Positions 37,945 through 61,644 of a stretch of 64,000 nucleotides of DNA are shown here, piece after piece. Under the pieces are notes generated by a model. The model ran no database searches. It was not told where the DNA came from and was given only the letters and a program-made list of their open reading frames with translations. The position numbers were made by a program, and so were the translations under genes. Every line of letters starts with the position of its first letter. The first letter of the stretch is position 1. Source of the DNA: Phoronis australis (taxonomy: Eukaryota; Animalia; Phoronida); contig NMRA01000166.1 in assembly GCA_002633005.1 (NCBI GenBank), positions 496,001-560,000 on the forward strand, given 5' to 3'.

Positions 37945-40900
37945 TGCCGTGAAAATTAGGCATAGTTTTAATGACCACCCTCAAAGGACAGCACACAAAC
38001 AATTTAACTACAGAAAGCATTTAGCACATACATGGTGGTGCCCGTTCCATAGGTAGACGCAACGCACTCGTCGCACAAAACGAACGATCACATAATTCTT
38101 TGCATGATAATATAAGCAAAGCAATTGATAACGCCACCTTTATTCGTAGATTCGTGAATCTACAGAACTCAACCCACTAGGGTCCGCCGGCCCTGTACAG
38201 TACCACCGTCTGAACTGGGAGGACGCCGCAGCTGGCACAAGGCCAGCCCAGTGACCACCACAAACTTTACTGGAGACTCAACTCCAAATTTCAGTGCCGA
38301 ATCGCGTGCCTTGCCTAGAGGATTTTTTTCAGTTTCAGGCAATGTTTTGGTCTATTTCCTAACCGATTCATGAGTAAAAGTTTGGTGGTAGCTGGCCGCG
38401 CCCAGCACTAGTTGGTAAACCAAGGCTTGTACTCTGTTAACTTAATGAGCCGACTCAGTATTGGCTTCTGCACTAGATCTCACCTTTTGGTCTACCAGAG
38501 CGCTTACAGGATGACACTGCAAGTGAACCATTCTCCGACTATGAAGTGGACACCTGCTGACACAGCTAGGGAATACAGGGCGAAAAATATGATGACAACC
38601 TCGAGTAATCTTCGCAGATGTTACGGCCATAACAACAACATTTTGTACACCGGCATAAGACGATCACTCAGACCTGAAATGCCGCGAACTACCCCTAGTA
38701 GTCTTCCAACAGTCGGCGTTTACCCCGACTGACATTCGCCGGTAACACACTCTGATAAAGTAAAATGTCAATACAGTGTGTTCTTGGTATGTGACGCGTA
38801 AAAGTTTATCAGAGGCAAAAGCTCACATGGACTCAAATGATAGGCCTACATCTATTCCAGCTGAGTGAAAGTTTGACCCGGAAGTCCAAGGAACCGACAA
38901 CAGAGACACCTGTGTGCGTGTTTAGGCAATGAGGTATTTGCCGCTCAGGGGCCCAGGCATAAGTACGGCGTTTTTCCGTTGCTCTCAACTTGTTCGATTC
39001 TATAGCCCAACAACAAGTTTGAAAGATGACCCCTGTGGCCAATATCTTACACGACTAATTAACTCCATTCTGGCATTTATGGTTAGAGGGCCAACTCTCT
39101 TTTGTTCGATAATTCAGTACTCTAATCTCCAATGGATCGGTATCTTCTAGTAGCCTGACTGGGCTGTGCTGTTAAAAATAAAAGTTAATTTATTACATAT
39201 TTGAATATAAAGCAGTTGCATTTCTGAAATCCTTGTCAAATGGTGATCATGTTTAGTGTTTGAACAGTGGCGGATCGGATCTAGGATATCACAAGGGGGA
39301 GGCAACATTTTGCCATGATTCCGCTAAAGCGATTTGCTCAAAGCACGATTGTAGATGCGCATAGCACCGAATGGGGGGATGTCGGGAGGGGGATTTGACA
39401 CGGAAAAGTGTCAACACGAAGCAGGAAAAATTGCAAGCGCTACAGACTCTCACAACCTGGCGCATTGTCCTGCACGAGCAAGACCCAATTAAGTCGGTGT
39501 AATTACCCGACCGTAAACTGTCGTATCACTGCCTGTACATACTGGCGAATTTTCAAAATGCATTAATAAATAATTTTTGTTAAAAACGAATACCACGAAG
39601 GTATTCAGCTGGCCGAAAACACTGAACCAGGTAAGGTTTTGGATTTTTCAAAAATCGATGAACTTAAAACCTAAAAACTACAACTAAACATTGGGTACGA
39701 TTGAAGATAAACGACCAAGCGCATAGATACAATAGGGGGATTTACAAACGCTGATCAGAGTTAACAATATGTCACATAGATTATTCTTTTAATATTCTTT
39801 CAATCTCGTTTAACCAGATTTTTGACTAGGAAACAGTTGTATTTAACTTGCACCCACTCTATATTTTTATGGCTGACAAAAATCTAGAATAGTTATATAG
39901 TTAGTGCAACCGAAATCATCCAGAGATTCCAAATCATCAGTTTGGCTATCACCATTTGCACTTTTGTATAAATTTCATGATTTGAGTTCTAATAAAGATT
40001 AAACTTGAACTAATGACACGTGTGGTTTTGTTCGCTGTGAAATGTTTAATGTACTTGTAGCTGTAAACTGGAAAGTTCAAGGATGGGTTCTCAATTAGCT
40101 AAACTAATTAAGTTTCGCTGGCGATCGGGTACTTCAAGTTTAAAAACAAAATAAAAAGATATCAACCCGTTCCTGGTAAGAAAAAAAAACAACAACATGA
40201 ATATTAAAATAAAATAACAAAAACCGGTATGACATATTCAAAATCATCGTTCCTTTGGGAAGTTGCCCATGGTCAAGATAAACACAAATTAACTGTTTTA
40301 GTCATTTCGTACTAGTAATATTTAAAATGTATCAAGTTAAAACTGCTCTCTACAGTTGCAGGTTGTAACTTTGTGAAAATGACGTAGAAAACCAATTTGG
40401 GTGTACTAACAACCATCATTTTTGAGACAGTATACCTTTCGACTTCATTAGCTCAGATCTACGTCAATACGATTAACGAGCGAGCTGAATAGGCATCATA
40501 AAAGTTGGCTGGGGCTAAGGGAATCTGAACGGTGACCAGCTTAAGCGAGAAGTTCTCCACATGGCGTTAAGCCTACCAACTGCCAAACTTTCAAATCGGG
40601 CTTTTCTAACTGAGTGATTACACCTCATCACATATTCCGATGGAAATATTTAGTCAGTGAATGGCTTGACGTAATTTTTCATCTGATAGTGTTTTTGTTA
40701 AAAGTTGCTTACATCGCTGGAAATGGGAACAGCCCACTATTCCGGAAACGCACACACGTGTAGCCTACAGGCATGCATGTCAATCCACTAATCCACAATC
40801 GAATTGGACACTGGATGAAAAACATACCTGTGTTTGACGAGCACTTTTGATTCCAAATTTGAAAACTCCTGCCCTTTACCGCAATATCAGATAACAAACC

Positions 40901-43741
40901 CATTTTCTGCTGTTTTGTTTCTTGGTCGATTTTAAGGCATTCACACAGCACGGTGATTTTTTGGGAGTTCTCTCGCTGCTGTATAGCTTGGCTAGGTATA
41001 GACATTTACTTCTAAGCTCCCTTATTACTCGTCGGTGTAACCACAACGTATGTTCAATGCCGACGAGTAACGTAAAGCCTCCTCGATCTAATCGTCTGCA
41101 CGATCCTGTCATCTACCGCGCAAATACCACTCGGTACGACCCGATGATTACGTGAAGCGCTATGAATCGACGCAAATTCAAAATTATTAATAACTTAGTT
41201 ATCATTGTAGTTAGTAGTACCAGTAGCTGCAACAATTTTGTAGTTGTCCATCTGTATCCTATCTTTAACGGACAGACTGGGGCTCAGGACAAGTTTCCCG
41301 GCACGGACGGGGGTTCGTTCGAACCCCTCTAACCACCTGGGTACGGGTCTGACTGTTGTCATACCAGACAGAAGACTGTGCTTGGCAGTCAGTAACAAAG
41401 AAGCTAGATGTTATCACACGCTCACAATCCTCTGCGTCTCTTAAAGTCACTGAACGGGAAAGCGCCATCATGGACCATAGAAACTCTGTGCTTTCTAGGC
41501 CCAGGGAGTGCTCGAACCGGGGTTACTTGGGTAACGGGGTGACAACTGTTTCACACTCAAATTCAATTCCGCATGAAAAGGAACGTGACTTCAGTTATCA
41601 CGGGCGGAACCAAAATATTTATTATAAATATATGGAGGGGGGCGGGGCGGCAGGGCAGTGTATGAACCAAGATTTTGCCCTCGAACTGCCAAATGGAATC
41701 TGGGGGAGTTTTAGGGGCGGGGCATGGCTTCTAAATCCGCCACTGGTTATGCAGTTGTTCAGCTGGACCCGACAGTCGACTTCTTAATTCACTAAACAGG
41801 AAACAAAAACTCAATTTGGATAACGTTGGACAAAGCGGTTACTATTTCTGGTTAAGAGTAATTTTACACTGTCATACTTTTGCTGAAATGATACGGTATC
41901 ATTTGCACTTCTTGTGATAATTTTAAAGGACCGGCGACCATGCCCGGCACTAGATCGCTAGCATGTTTATTTTGCAGTCCTTTTATCTACATATCATACT
42001 GCGGGTAGTTGGTATTGCATGACTTTGACCCTAGAAAGGGGCTCAGTCTGTCTGCATGTTAAGTGGAGTGTTCGCTTTCAGTTACTCCCAGAGTCAAGCC
42101 AGAACTGTGGATTAATAGTTGGTCACATGATTTACCCAAATCAGGTTGTACTAGCCCTCGCTCACTCGGCTATTGCCTGCCGGCGTACTGAGATTTTTTA
42201 TTTTTTACATGATCATCTTTTTCTGTTGTTGTAAGTTGAGTCATATACGAATATGTTATCCTTTGAATTTGTTGCTGAGTTGCACTTCGGCCAAACCGAG
42301 AATTTCTGAAAATAAAGTCCAGAATATTCGTTAAACCGGCCACCTTTCAAAAACGTCAAGGAAAGTCGAATATCACACCTGGGCGTATTTTACGAAATTG
42401 TGTCAAACATTTGATGAGGCAGTTTAAAGCAAATATTTTTTATAGTTATTCACGCAAGATATTGTCCAAGTACTCAATCATTACCATTTAACCAGGCCGT
42501 TCAGTGGGCTTGTATAGCTGCCTAGTGGACCAGATGCTTCTCTACACCAACCAGTGTCGGCGTCTGCCCTGCACTGAGGGATATCTCAAAAACTGACCTA
42601 AGCACCTATTGTGTGATACAGAGCAATTATCGCATTAGCGATGTATGCCAGGCCATGGGCGGCGCACCATAGGGGTCTGGAGGGGTGGGAGGGGCTATAG
42701 AACCCCACTTCAGTGCTGTGCCGCCTAGATAGATGAATTTGAAGTGCTAGCTCAAAATTTTGTTTGCACTCAATGATGTTTGGCCTATTTAACCTGATTG
42801 GATGGCTCGACTACTTAGAAAGTAATGCATTTTATTGGCATGTAGGCTTACACCTATACACTGAAATTGAAAAGAATTCCTTGCAAAACGTAGGAGAAAT
42901 AACATTTTGAAAATTAGCTAACCATTGCATTTATTACTTTCGGTGGATTATGAGTCAAAAAATGATATCAATTTTTATAAAATTTAAGGATTGCTCAAAC
43001 GTACTAGGAAAGTTGAGTGGTTTGAGAGTTATTAAGCTGGAAAAGGTCGGAAAGGAAAATAAGAAGAAAAAGGAAAAAACCCGAGAATAACAAGACCCTG
43101 CACGGGTACACCCAGAGTAAATATAGTAGAAAAAATTTATCAAAAATAATTCTGTGTGACTGGTAGTTGGATAAGGAACCATGCAGAGTTATTTCGAGCT
43201 CCTAAAAAGACACCCTTTCATGGGGAGTTTTGCCAGAAAAGGCACCCTTTCATAGGGAAACTAGATATGAAGAAAGTCAATCAATGACCAGCATGTCCAA
43301 AAATCCTCTAACTTCCATGGAGGCATCACTGACCTCCTGAGGTTGGTGTATCAACTCATTAGCCCAGGTATCAGTAGAGGTTTGATGATGCCCGATGCGA
43401 TTTTTTCATTGGATGCCATTCTCTCTACTCAAATGCATGGACCCTAGTACTAAGAAAAGTAAAAAATATGAAACATAAAATAGAAACTTCGTTCAATTTA
43501 ACTACAAACCAGTCATAAGTTCAAAAAAGTTTATTCATATTTATTCATAGTGACTGGATGCTCCATGACATGGATGCCAGGGACCATCGCCCCATTACCC
43601 ATCCTGTCCCACCTCCCTTTTCTGCACACTACTTCCAGGAATTGGATAGACCACTAAAGAGCATTGTTAAAAGACAATAACAAGTTAGGAAATTTCCTTT
43701 CATTGTATTGTTATACACTCCTCCAACTGGCCTTGATGCCT

Positions 43742-45075
43742 TCAGCTTCTCTTTACACCAAAAGTCAGCAATATTGGTTGTATCTGAGCTGTTTCATGGC
43801 CACAACCTGGACATGTGAATGAAGGATCAGCTTTAAGATTTGCAGTTATGCAATAATAACAAAACACATGGCTACATCCCACTTCCTGTGGAAGACAAGG
43901 CCATTCGCCACACACAATGCACTGTTTGTAGTCAGCTGGACAACGAATTTTCATCGTGGCATCAGGCTTCTTGTAGATGTATCTTGATAGTGTATTCTTG
44001 ATACGACAGAAATTTACAAAAGGCAAAATGAACATGAGGAACTCGGCAAAACCGTGCCACAGCAATTCTCGACTCATATATTCGAAGCTGACTTGTCTAA
44101 TGAGCTGTCTTTCAGGATAAACAACTTGAATACCTAAGAGTCTTTCTAATATAAACTGATACTTCCCTTTACAAAGAAATATCAAGAAATTCAACAGTGA
44201 GAGAACCTTAAAAACTCTCTCGCACAAAGTCACCATTTTTAGACATAAATGCACAGTTGAGTCGTCAGGAATCCATCCTGAAAATCCTGGAAGCCTGTCT
44301 TGAAACCAGGATAATCCAATAGTTAGAATGGCATACACATATTTTTGTCTTTGCGTTATCCAGTCTCCCTTAACATAAGACCAGATGTTCTTGTACTTTA
44401 GTGACAACATTTGTTGCCCAACAGTGGCGCCATGAGCTTTAAGGGATAATGCCCATATAGCTGCTTTCAAAGTGGCATTCAGTTCAGGTTCCACTTTATC
44501 CAGAAGTCCTGGGGGTAGATATCTGAAACAAAGTAACAGTATGCTGAACTATGCATTCAGAAATCATAAAATTTACTTGTAATCTAACATACAGTCAATT
44601 TTAAAAAGAATGAGAATGTCACAAGTCACTATGTCACATTTACAGACTGAAACAAAGAATCATTTCTCATACTTGATTTGGCTGGAATTTTTTAGCCATC
44701 AAATTAAGCTATTAGTAAGAATTCCTTCAAACCAATAGGCTACTGTGCATGAATAATAAACTACGGCAATTTAACTGATAGAGTTTGGCTGGAACTAAGA
44801 CAAATGTTGACATGAATGTTTAGTGTTCTACCTAACAAAATGAAACAACTCTTGCCTACTCAGCTGTATGACCCATGGACTCGTGTGAGATCAAAGCTTG
44901 ACAGGACCTCAGGTTCTCAAGAGAGCTGAACACATGTCAACCACAGAAATACAAACCTGAATGCATTGAGAAACTGTGCTTTCAAGACATGATGAAGTTC
45001 ATTGTCTAGTTCTGTTGCATCCAATTGACTGATGCGTAATGCGGGATAACCTCCATTGTGACTAGCAGGAGGCAT
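43742..45075 (-). CDS. PEX2: Peroxisome biogenesis factor 2 (RING E3 ligase), two coding exons
   Basis: Exon 45075-44957 (MPPASHNGGYPALRISQLDATELDNEL...FLNAFR, the conserved LRISQLDA Pex2 N-terminus) joins exon 44522-43742 (YLPPGLLDKVEPEL...GATVGQ...FEYMSRELLWHGFAEFL...). The C3HC4 RING reads CIVCGEWP...GCSHVFCYYC...FTCPGCG. The phase-2 junction AG|A is consistent. Confidence 0.95.
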
Positions 45076-45627
45076 ACTGTCTTGATTACTTGGTCGTGGA
45101 TCAACACATCGCACTTACGTGTACACCACTGAAAAATAACAGAATTTTATCCAAATCAATCAAATAAATTATGTGGGCTGATAGTTAATTAGCCATCCAC
45201 CAAACACCACTCATCTCCGAATTACTAGTTCAGTAAACAACCTCCTTTTTCAGAAAAAACAATGGTTTGGCCAATGCAACAGGCATGGGTAGGAGGAAGA
45301 CTAGAAAAAGAGCACCAAAGGTCCAAGCCAAGAACTTGTGTGGCAACTTAAATCTAAGATTAGGAGAACAAATCCCAAAATCTTAGATATCAAGACACTT
45401 TCTCTAAATCTGGGAAAGGTCACGGGGTTTTCATTAATTTCGGCTCCAGATGGACTGATGCTATTGGTTCTGTTGTCACTCGTCAGGTGAGCGACTGGTG
45501 GGCAAGGGTGAAATGAACGGCAACTTGGGGACACTTCGCAATGAATAGAGAAAGGCTTACTCAAAATTTTTACTGGAGGAGAGGGTATTTTAGAACGAAC
45601 AAAGGGGCCCATGCTAGTGGAATCAAT

Positions 45628-45740
45628 GAGGAGGCAGTGTGGCCTGGTTGATAAGTGCCCGCTTTCTTTACTCAAGGTCGTGGGTTCAAGTCCCACCAGG
45701 TCACACTGCTAAACCCTTGAGCCAGGTTTCTAGCTCCTCA
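45628..45740 (+). mobile_element. tRNA-derived SINE head
   Basis: Box A-like TGGCCTGGTTG and box B GGTTCAAGTCCC, followed by a CCCTTGAGCCAGG core. No intact cloverleaf is visible. Confidence 0.65.
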
Positions 45741-46489
45741 GCTCGGTTTTAACCATATATTTAAAATATTTCCAGTTGATCAGTGCAATGGGCCCACATG
45801 CGAGGCCTGCGCACGTCTGGTACAACATGTATCAGACTGCCTGCAATTATTTATTTTTTAGGGGAATCAATGGCAATGTTGAGCTCAATACAAATTTTGT
45901 GTGAACTTGCTGGAGTGGGATACTCTAACAATGTTTAATAAGTGCTATTGGTATCGATAGAACAAAAATTCATTCACATTATCATGATGAACCTTTTTGT
46001 TGGAAATGTCAGTGCTGTAGTGGGGCGTAGGTGCAGCAAACCACCTTTTTTGGCATTTGAACGTAGCGCCTACGCACCGTAAGTTATGTTCAGTGCTCAA
46101 GGTGATGCGGTGGGCATTGGGTGCCTACTTACCTCTAATTTTACCACTACAGCACTGCATATGCTGTGTTAAGTTTGATGTGTATGGCTAGACCTGAGCA
46201 CCTGTGAGATGTGCTGATGAGTCATAACTCAGTGTATTTAGGCATAATGTACTGGTGAAGATCATAAGACTTGAATGCTATGCTGTGGGCATGGCGAGGG
46301 ATAGTAATACATATATTTATATGTGGGCACTAGTCGAGACGGTGGCATTGTCTAGGGTGTATACTGACCACCGTCTGGCCTAGTAGAGATGGTGTAGCTC
46401 ATACACTGGAACCTTTTTGGAGAATTATGCCTCACACTGACTAAAACATCAAAGTAACATTGTAATAAATACCTGTTGTGCGTAGAGGG

Positions 46490-47000
46490 CCACCTTCGGA
46501 GGCCATCAATGTCTTTAATTCCTTCCAACTTTAACAAATACTCCCAGTGTCAAACTTTTTCTTTGTGCAGTCTTTCGTTCAGTTCCCAAAATTGTTAACC
46601 AGTGGCGGATTTAGGGAAGGGGGGCCAAGGGGACCATGCATAGCCTTTGAACAAACCCCGTTTACAACTTTTTTTTAGTCATTGGGTCCACAAACTCAAA
46701 ATTTCAACACCCCCTGCATCCCTACTGTTTAGGGTGGATGCGCGCATGTGGTGAAATTCTGGTTATTCCTGTGCCCTGACCCCCTGGCCCTAACTCAAAA
46801 TCTTGGATCCGTACCCGTTAACTGCCTATTTTTGCACTGCGCACCCCAGGGGACATGACGTCATGCAACTTGCCGTGCAAAGGGTTAAAAATGACCAGTT
46901 TTCGATTTTGGGAACTTAACGAGTGACTGCTCAAAGAAAGTTTGATAATGGGAGTATTTGATCTAGTTGGAAGGAATTAAAGACATCGACAGCCTCCTAA
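46490..47000. mobile_element. Foldback element in the putative PEX2 first intron containing a nested GC-rich MITE (46600-46817)
   Basis: ATGTCTTTAATTCCTTCCAACT...GTTCCCAAAAT mirrors ATTTTGGGAAC...AGTTGGAAGGAATTAAAGACAT. Confidence 0.7.
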
Positions 47001-47296
47001 GAGTCCTAAGCCGCGCGCAACAAAAATCTTCCGGCGTATGAAACCATAGGACTAGGAGACACGTTCTCTACTGGGCCAGCTAGAGACGGTGGTCATTGTC
47101 TAGGGTAGGCAATTGCATCGACCTGGATGCCGCAGGCATACAGGCCAACCGAGGGGCAACGTGTTGACTATGACAAATGTCTAGACTAGGGCAGAGAAGT
47201 ATGTCATGATTGAAAAACCAATCTGCACTCCATTTCGTTCGGGGAATGACGAACCACGTCGGGAAAGGGGAATTGATGATCTCTGGTAATACTCAC

Positions 47297-47479
47297 ACTT
47301 CCTCGGTGAAATTCTAGAGTCACAGTTGTACGATAAATATGAAGAGAATCTAAAAAACTTAATTGCTTGGCGGACTGAGAGAAAGCGAAACAACGTCAAC
47401 GCTGATAGCACCCCGACTTCGATTCAGCGAACCTTTGAACAGGAAATGGTTTAGCGCCATCTACTGGCGCTTTTGAAAG
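47297..47479. promoter_or_regulatory. Putative bidirectional promoter and 5'UTRs of PEX2 (minus) and ACAT2 (plus)
   Basis: A minus-strand donor AGT|GTGAGT at 47297/47296 suggests a non-coding PEX2 first exon, with a matching acceptor at 45128. The ACAT2 ATG is at 47480. The region is locally CpG-rich and has a CTCF/YY1-like motif at 47453-47471. Confidence 0.55.
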
Positions 47480-57500
<10,021 letters not shown>

Positions 57501-60500
57501 TTCTAGGAGGAAAGCACATGGGTTTGGAAACGCTCTTTTGCGACAGGCCAGTTGTTTCACTACAAATGACGCTTGATGACTGAAGATGGCACAAAGACTG
57601 AAGTCAAATTACTAAGGATCATAAATTATGCGTTAATATCGATTAACTGGTGACCATTATCATTTGTACAACATAACAATCTATTGTGGTGTCTTAATAT
57701 ATACAAAGAATGACATGCTTAATGATGTATCTAACAACAGATTTATTTACTGACTGACTAAATACTTAATTTATTTCAAGAAATAAAGAGGTCTCTTTAT
57801 CTTATTACTGCAGCTAAGTGTTAACCCTCAATCACTGTAACCATACAGAGAATGAAAGAACTTAAGTTCTGACCATCAGGTTGCCTCATTTTCCATGTTT
57901 TAGTGGAGTACAAATGGAGGCATACACAAGCCACACCTAACCTCTGTCATTCCGTTCCAGTTTTCCCCAAGGCACATGCCCAATTTACCTATAGCGTTAA
58001 CGGTGTACACGAAGGTTGCAAAGCTTTGAAATCCATTCATATTTAGCTGATTGTCAAATATGAATCAATTGTTTTGAGCTACAAAATTGTATTGGATCAC
58101 CTGTCAAAATGTCACAGGGAATTCTCAATTATCACAGCCGTGCATGCATAAGAGACATCAACTTCACTTTTGTCACATGCAAGATACAATTTTTTATCAG
58201 TAATCTATGAATTCCATACTTTTACGATCTGTGAAAAAAGAACCATCGCGTGATACAGCATAAAATGACAACAATACAATGACAGCCTACTTGGCACAGT
58301 AAATACATGACAAATTGTAAACCGGTAATAGAATTCTCAAAATGTCGCAGAATTTCAGATCACTGAATTTTTTTCACGGAATGTCACCGATGTCACAGTG
58401 AATCTACTCTGGACTAAAAACTTTGTACGGTATACCCTTGTTAGCCTAAAATATTCAGACCACAGTCCAGCAGACTATATATTTTGTGAAATATCGAAGT
58501 AGCTTCAATTTTTGGCAACAATCTAGATACACTTCGAAAGTATTCTGGCTCTGAAGACATCCAAATTCTCGGCTGGTTTGCCATTTCCATTTTCCTGTCT
58601 TTTGAGAACGCGATCTGGCACTGCCCTACGGCTCGACTACAGTATATAGGTGCTCTTGATGCATTACAGATAGTAACATATCTGCTACATGTCACATGTA
58701 GCAGATCTTTGTGAACACATGAAAATTTTCTTCTAATAGTCAGCATTTGGGAACTTGCAAGTTTTTACGCATGTGTAGGGAGTGCACAACTAACATTTCT
58801 TGACCATTATTTGCTTCAAATTGCATTTATTTGAATAAAAATTTGTTTGGTGCAATCATGCAGACTCATAAACAGTCGTAACACAAATACAGGGTTTGGA
58901 AATCGGGAATGTCCACTTAGACAAATGTAGCGACCAAAAACGTTCCACGTCAAGAAAGTTATCTTTGAGAAAAGCTGGATTTCCACACACTGTTTTAACT
59001 TTCTGCGAAACTACTTCTTTTGAAACATTCAAACCAACTTCTAACAAGATGATGGAATTGTAAAACGTTTAGTCAGGTTGCATATCACACAGGAACAAAG
59101 ACTGGCAGCAAGGCATTCATTTGCTGAGGGGCTGAATGGAAGAACTTAATGTGCCCTTTCCTACTCCAAAAAGACAGCGTCATACGTTTTATTTTTTCGT
59201 GCACAAACAGATTTTTGGTGGGCGCACCCTAAAAGCCCTACAAGTGTTTTGGCACCACCAAAAAGGGCTTTTACACACCTCCTCAAAAGACCTTCCTAGG
59301 AGACCCCCTACTCTATTCCAATCCGATTTGTAGGAAAAGGATTTCTTATTCACTAGCGCATTCAATTTTTCCATACGACACATGGAGAGTGAAGCCATTT
59401 TGATCGATTACTTTTTAACAAATAATGCCAGAATTTTTAAACACAGGTTGTGTGGAATCTTGTCAGTGCAAGGCATGCGTAGGTCCTCATTTAGTGCAGG
59501 CCCATCTTAAGCTTACATTTTGCCCATTAGTAAATCTTCTGTGGTAATTGAGAATGGACCCTGATCATGTCCTGCCTGCATGCAATTGAGTGCTAGCATA
59601 CCCCAAGCCCATTATTTAGTGAATTACCTAGGTGCTCCATTCATGGAGGTGGGTTATACTTTACAAGGAGACATACTGTCTTAGTTTCTTTCACATTGGC
59701 ACCAAGCCCGCAAGATGTGTGTATCACTTGACTTTTTTACCATGGCATGGATCGGCGTGGGGCCCCTGGGCAAGTGCCTTAGTGGGTCCTGTGGTAAAGA
59801 CGGCACTGGAGACCCGAGTTACTTTAAATGGCGAACAAACTTCCGAGCAGAATATTGTACCCAGAAGCTTCATCGTGGAAGCAAATTCATTCCCAGCCAC
59901 AAGGAATCAGTTAGGATTCAATCCTAGATATTATCGAGAATGCTCAGGCTCCAAGGCCATGATGAACAGAAGTCCACGGCACAAAATTATAGTGCTATCG
60001 TGAACAGCTGTCCTTTGGACATTGTAACTGAGCTTTCCTTGTGATTTTCGAGTGCAAGAGTTTACTTCAACATTTTACACTGTAATATATACCGTGTATT
60101 GAAAAGCTGTAATAAGTGCCAGGTATTGAAACATGCACTATTGCATTGTGCCTGTAAGGATGTAAAACATAACAAATCCAGAGATGAGATTTAGACAGAT
60201 GATTAACAACAATGGTTTTATTAACAATATAAAATTGGAAGGAATAAAATAGGCTAATGAGACACATGCTTCATTTTACGTTGTATACACACTACTAGTA
60301 GCATAATTTGACAGAGCTTCCTCATCCTCAAAGGTGCCTCACCTTATTACACATTCTTTTCTCATGACTTTAATTTGCTTGCTCTGTGAATAACTACTGC
60401 TTGGCTAGCTTGGAAAACACTATTGGTGAGTAAGGAAAATCAAGCATGTTGAGCCAGTTACATTTTTCATTGTTTGTATTCAACACTTGGGCAACCTCTT

Positions 60501-61644
60501 GTTCACCCATAAGATAGCTTGTGCGGTGCAGTAAAGTGTGCTAAAGTAAGAAAGTCTGTCATTTGTTAATAAGGCTGTGAAATATTAACCTTGAATAATA
60601 TTGATCAAGCCTGAATAATATTGATCAAGCATCAATAATATGTTAGTGTATTTTTCAACTTGATTGATCTTGCCAGTAAAATCTTTCAGGCTAGATAAAT
60701 TTATTGTCTTAACTTTAATGTTGAGGATCCCTTCTAAAAATCTTTGTATAGCCGTGTAATACCAAATGACATTAAAAAAAACAAAAACATGCCTTCACCA
60801 ATTTACAAAAAGTAATGACGAAACGAAAGATGACAGATACTTTGTGTACCCTATACCAAACAAAACAGAACAAATTAAAGTAAATATTGTTACGCCCGCC
60901 AATGTTTTAACGACTTTTAATGGTTACACAACACACAAAATTAACTAGCAATGACACCAGCACAAAATGGTGTTAGTTTCATGCTATGCATATATTAAGA
61001 CGCTTTTGGTTAAAAGATAACAGACTTGATGCTAGTATTAATATCTTTGGAAAATGAATCTTTAGTTAACTTTCATCATTTTTATGTGGCCAATCAGTAA
61101 TTTGCACACACAGGCCAATAACGTGAACATACTTGCTACAGTAGTTCACGTGACTCAGCAAATTACTTGTGCATAATTTAAGAGTACAGGCAGACGAGTA
61201 CTTTATGGTGGGGAAAGGGCAATATCAACACAGTGTGGGAGTCATATATCTGTTAGGTACGGTGGGTGAACCTCATACGTATTCCCATCCCCATGTTGAC
61301 CCAAAACAATGTCACTTATTCAGTCAACACCTGGATACCTATGAAGGGCATTTCTGGGCAAATGACCCTACTGTAGGATCGAAATTAGCCTGGCAATTAC
61401 TAACACACTCAGGTGAAGTACAATGTGACGATGATATTATATTATAGTACACTTTAAACAAAGACACTGTTGTGCAGCAAACACCAACCACTTGCACAGA
61501 ATGATCTCTTCCATGTTATCCAAGTTACACCCATCTCACATCACTCCCGGCAACCACACGTTTTGTAACTATCCTTACACAATGACTGCCGACTTATATG
61601 TGATGATAGCTTTCGCCTTTTTCGTCCAATAATAATACACATCT

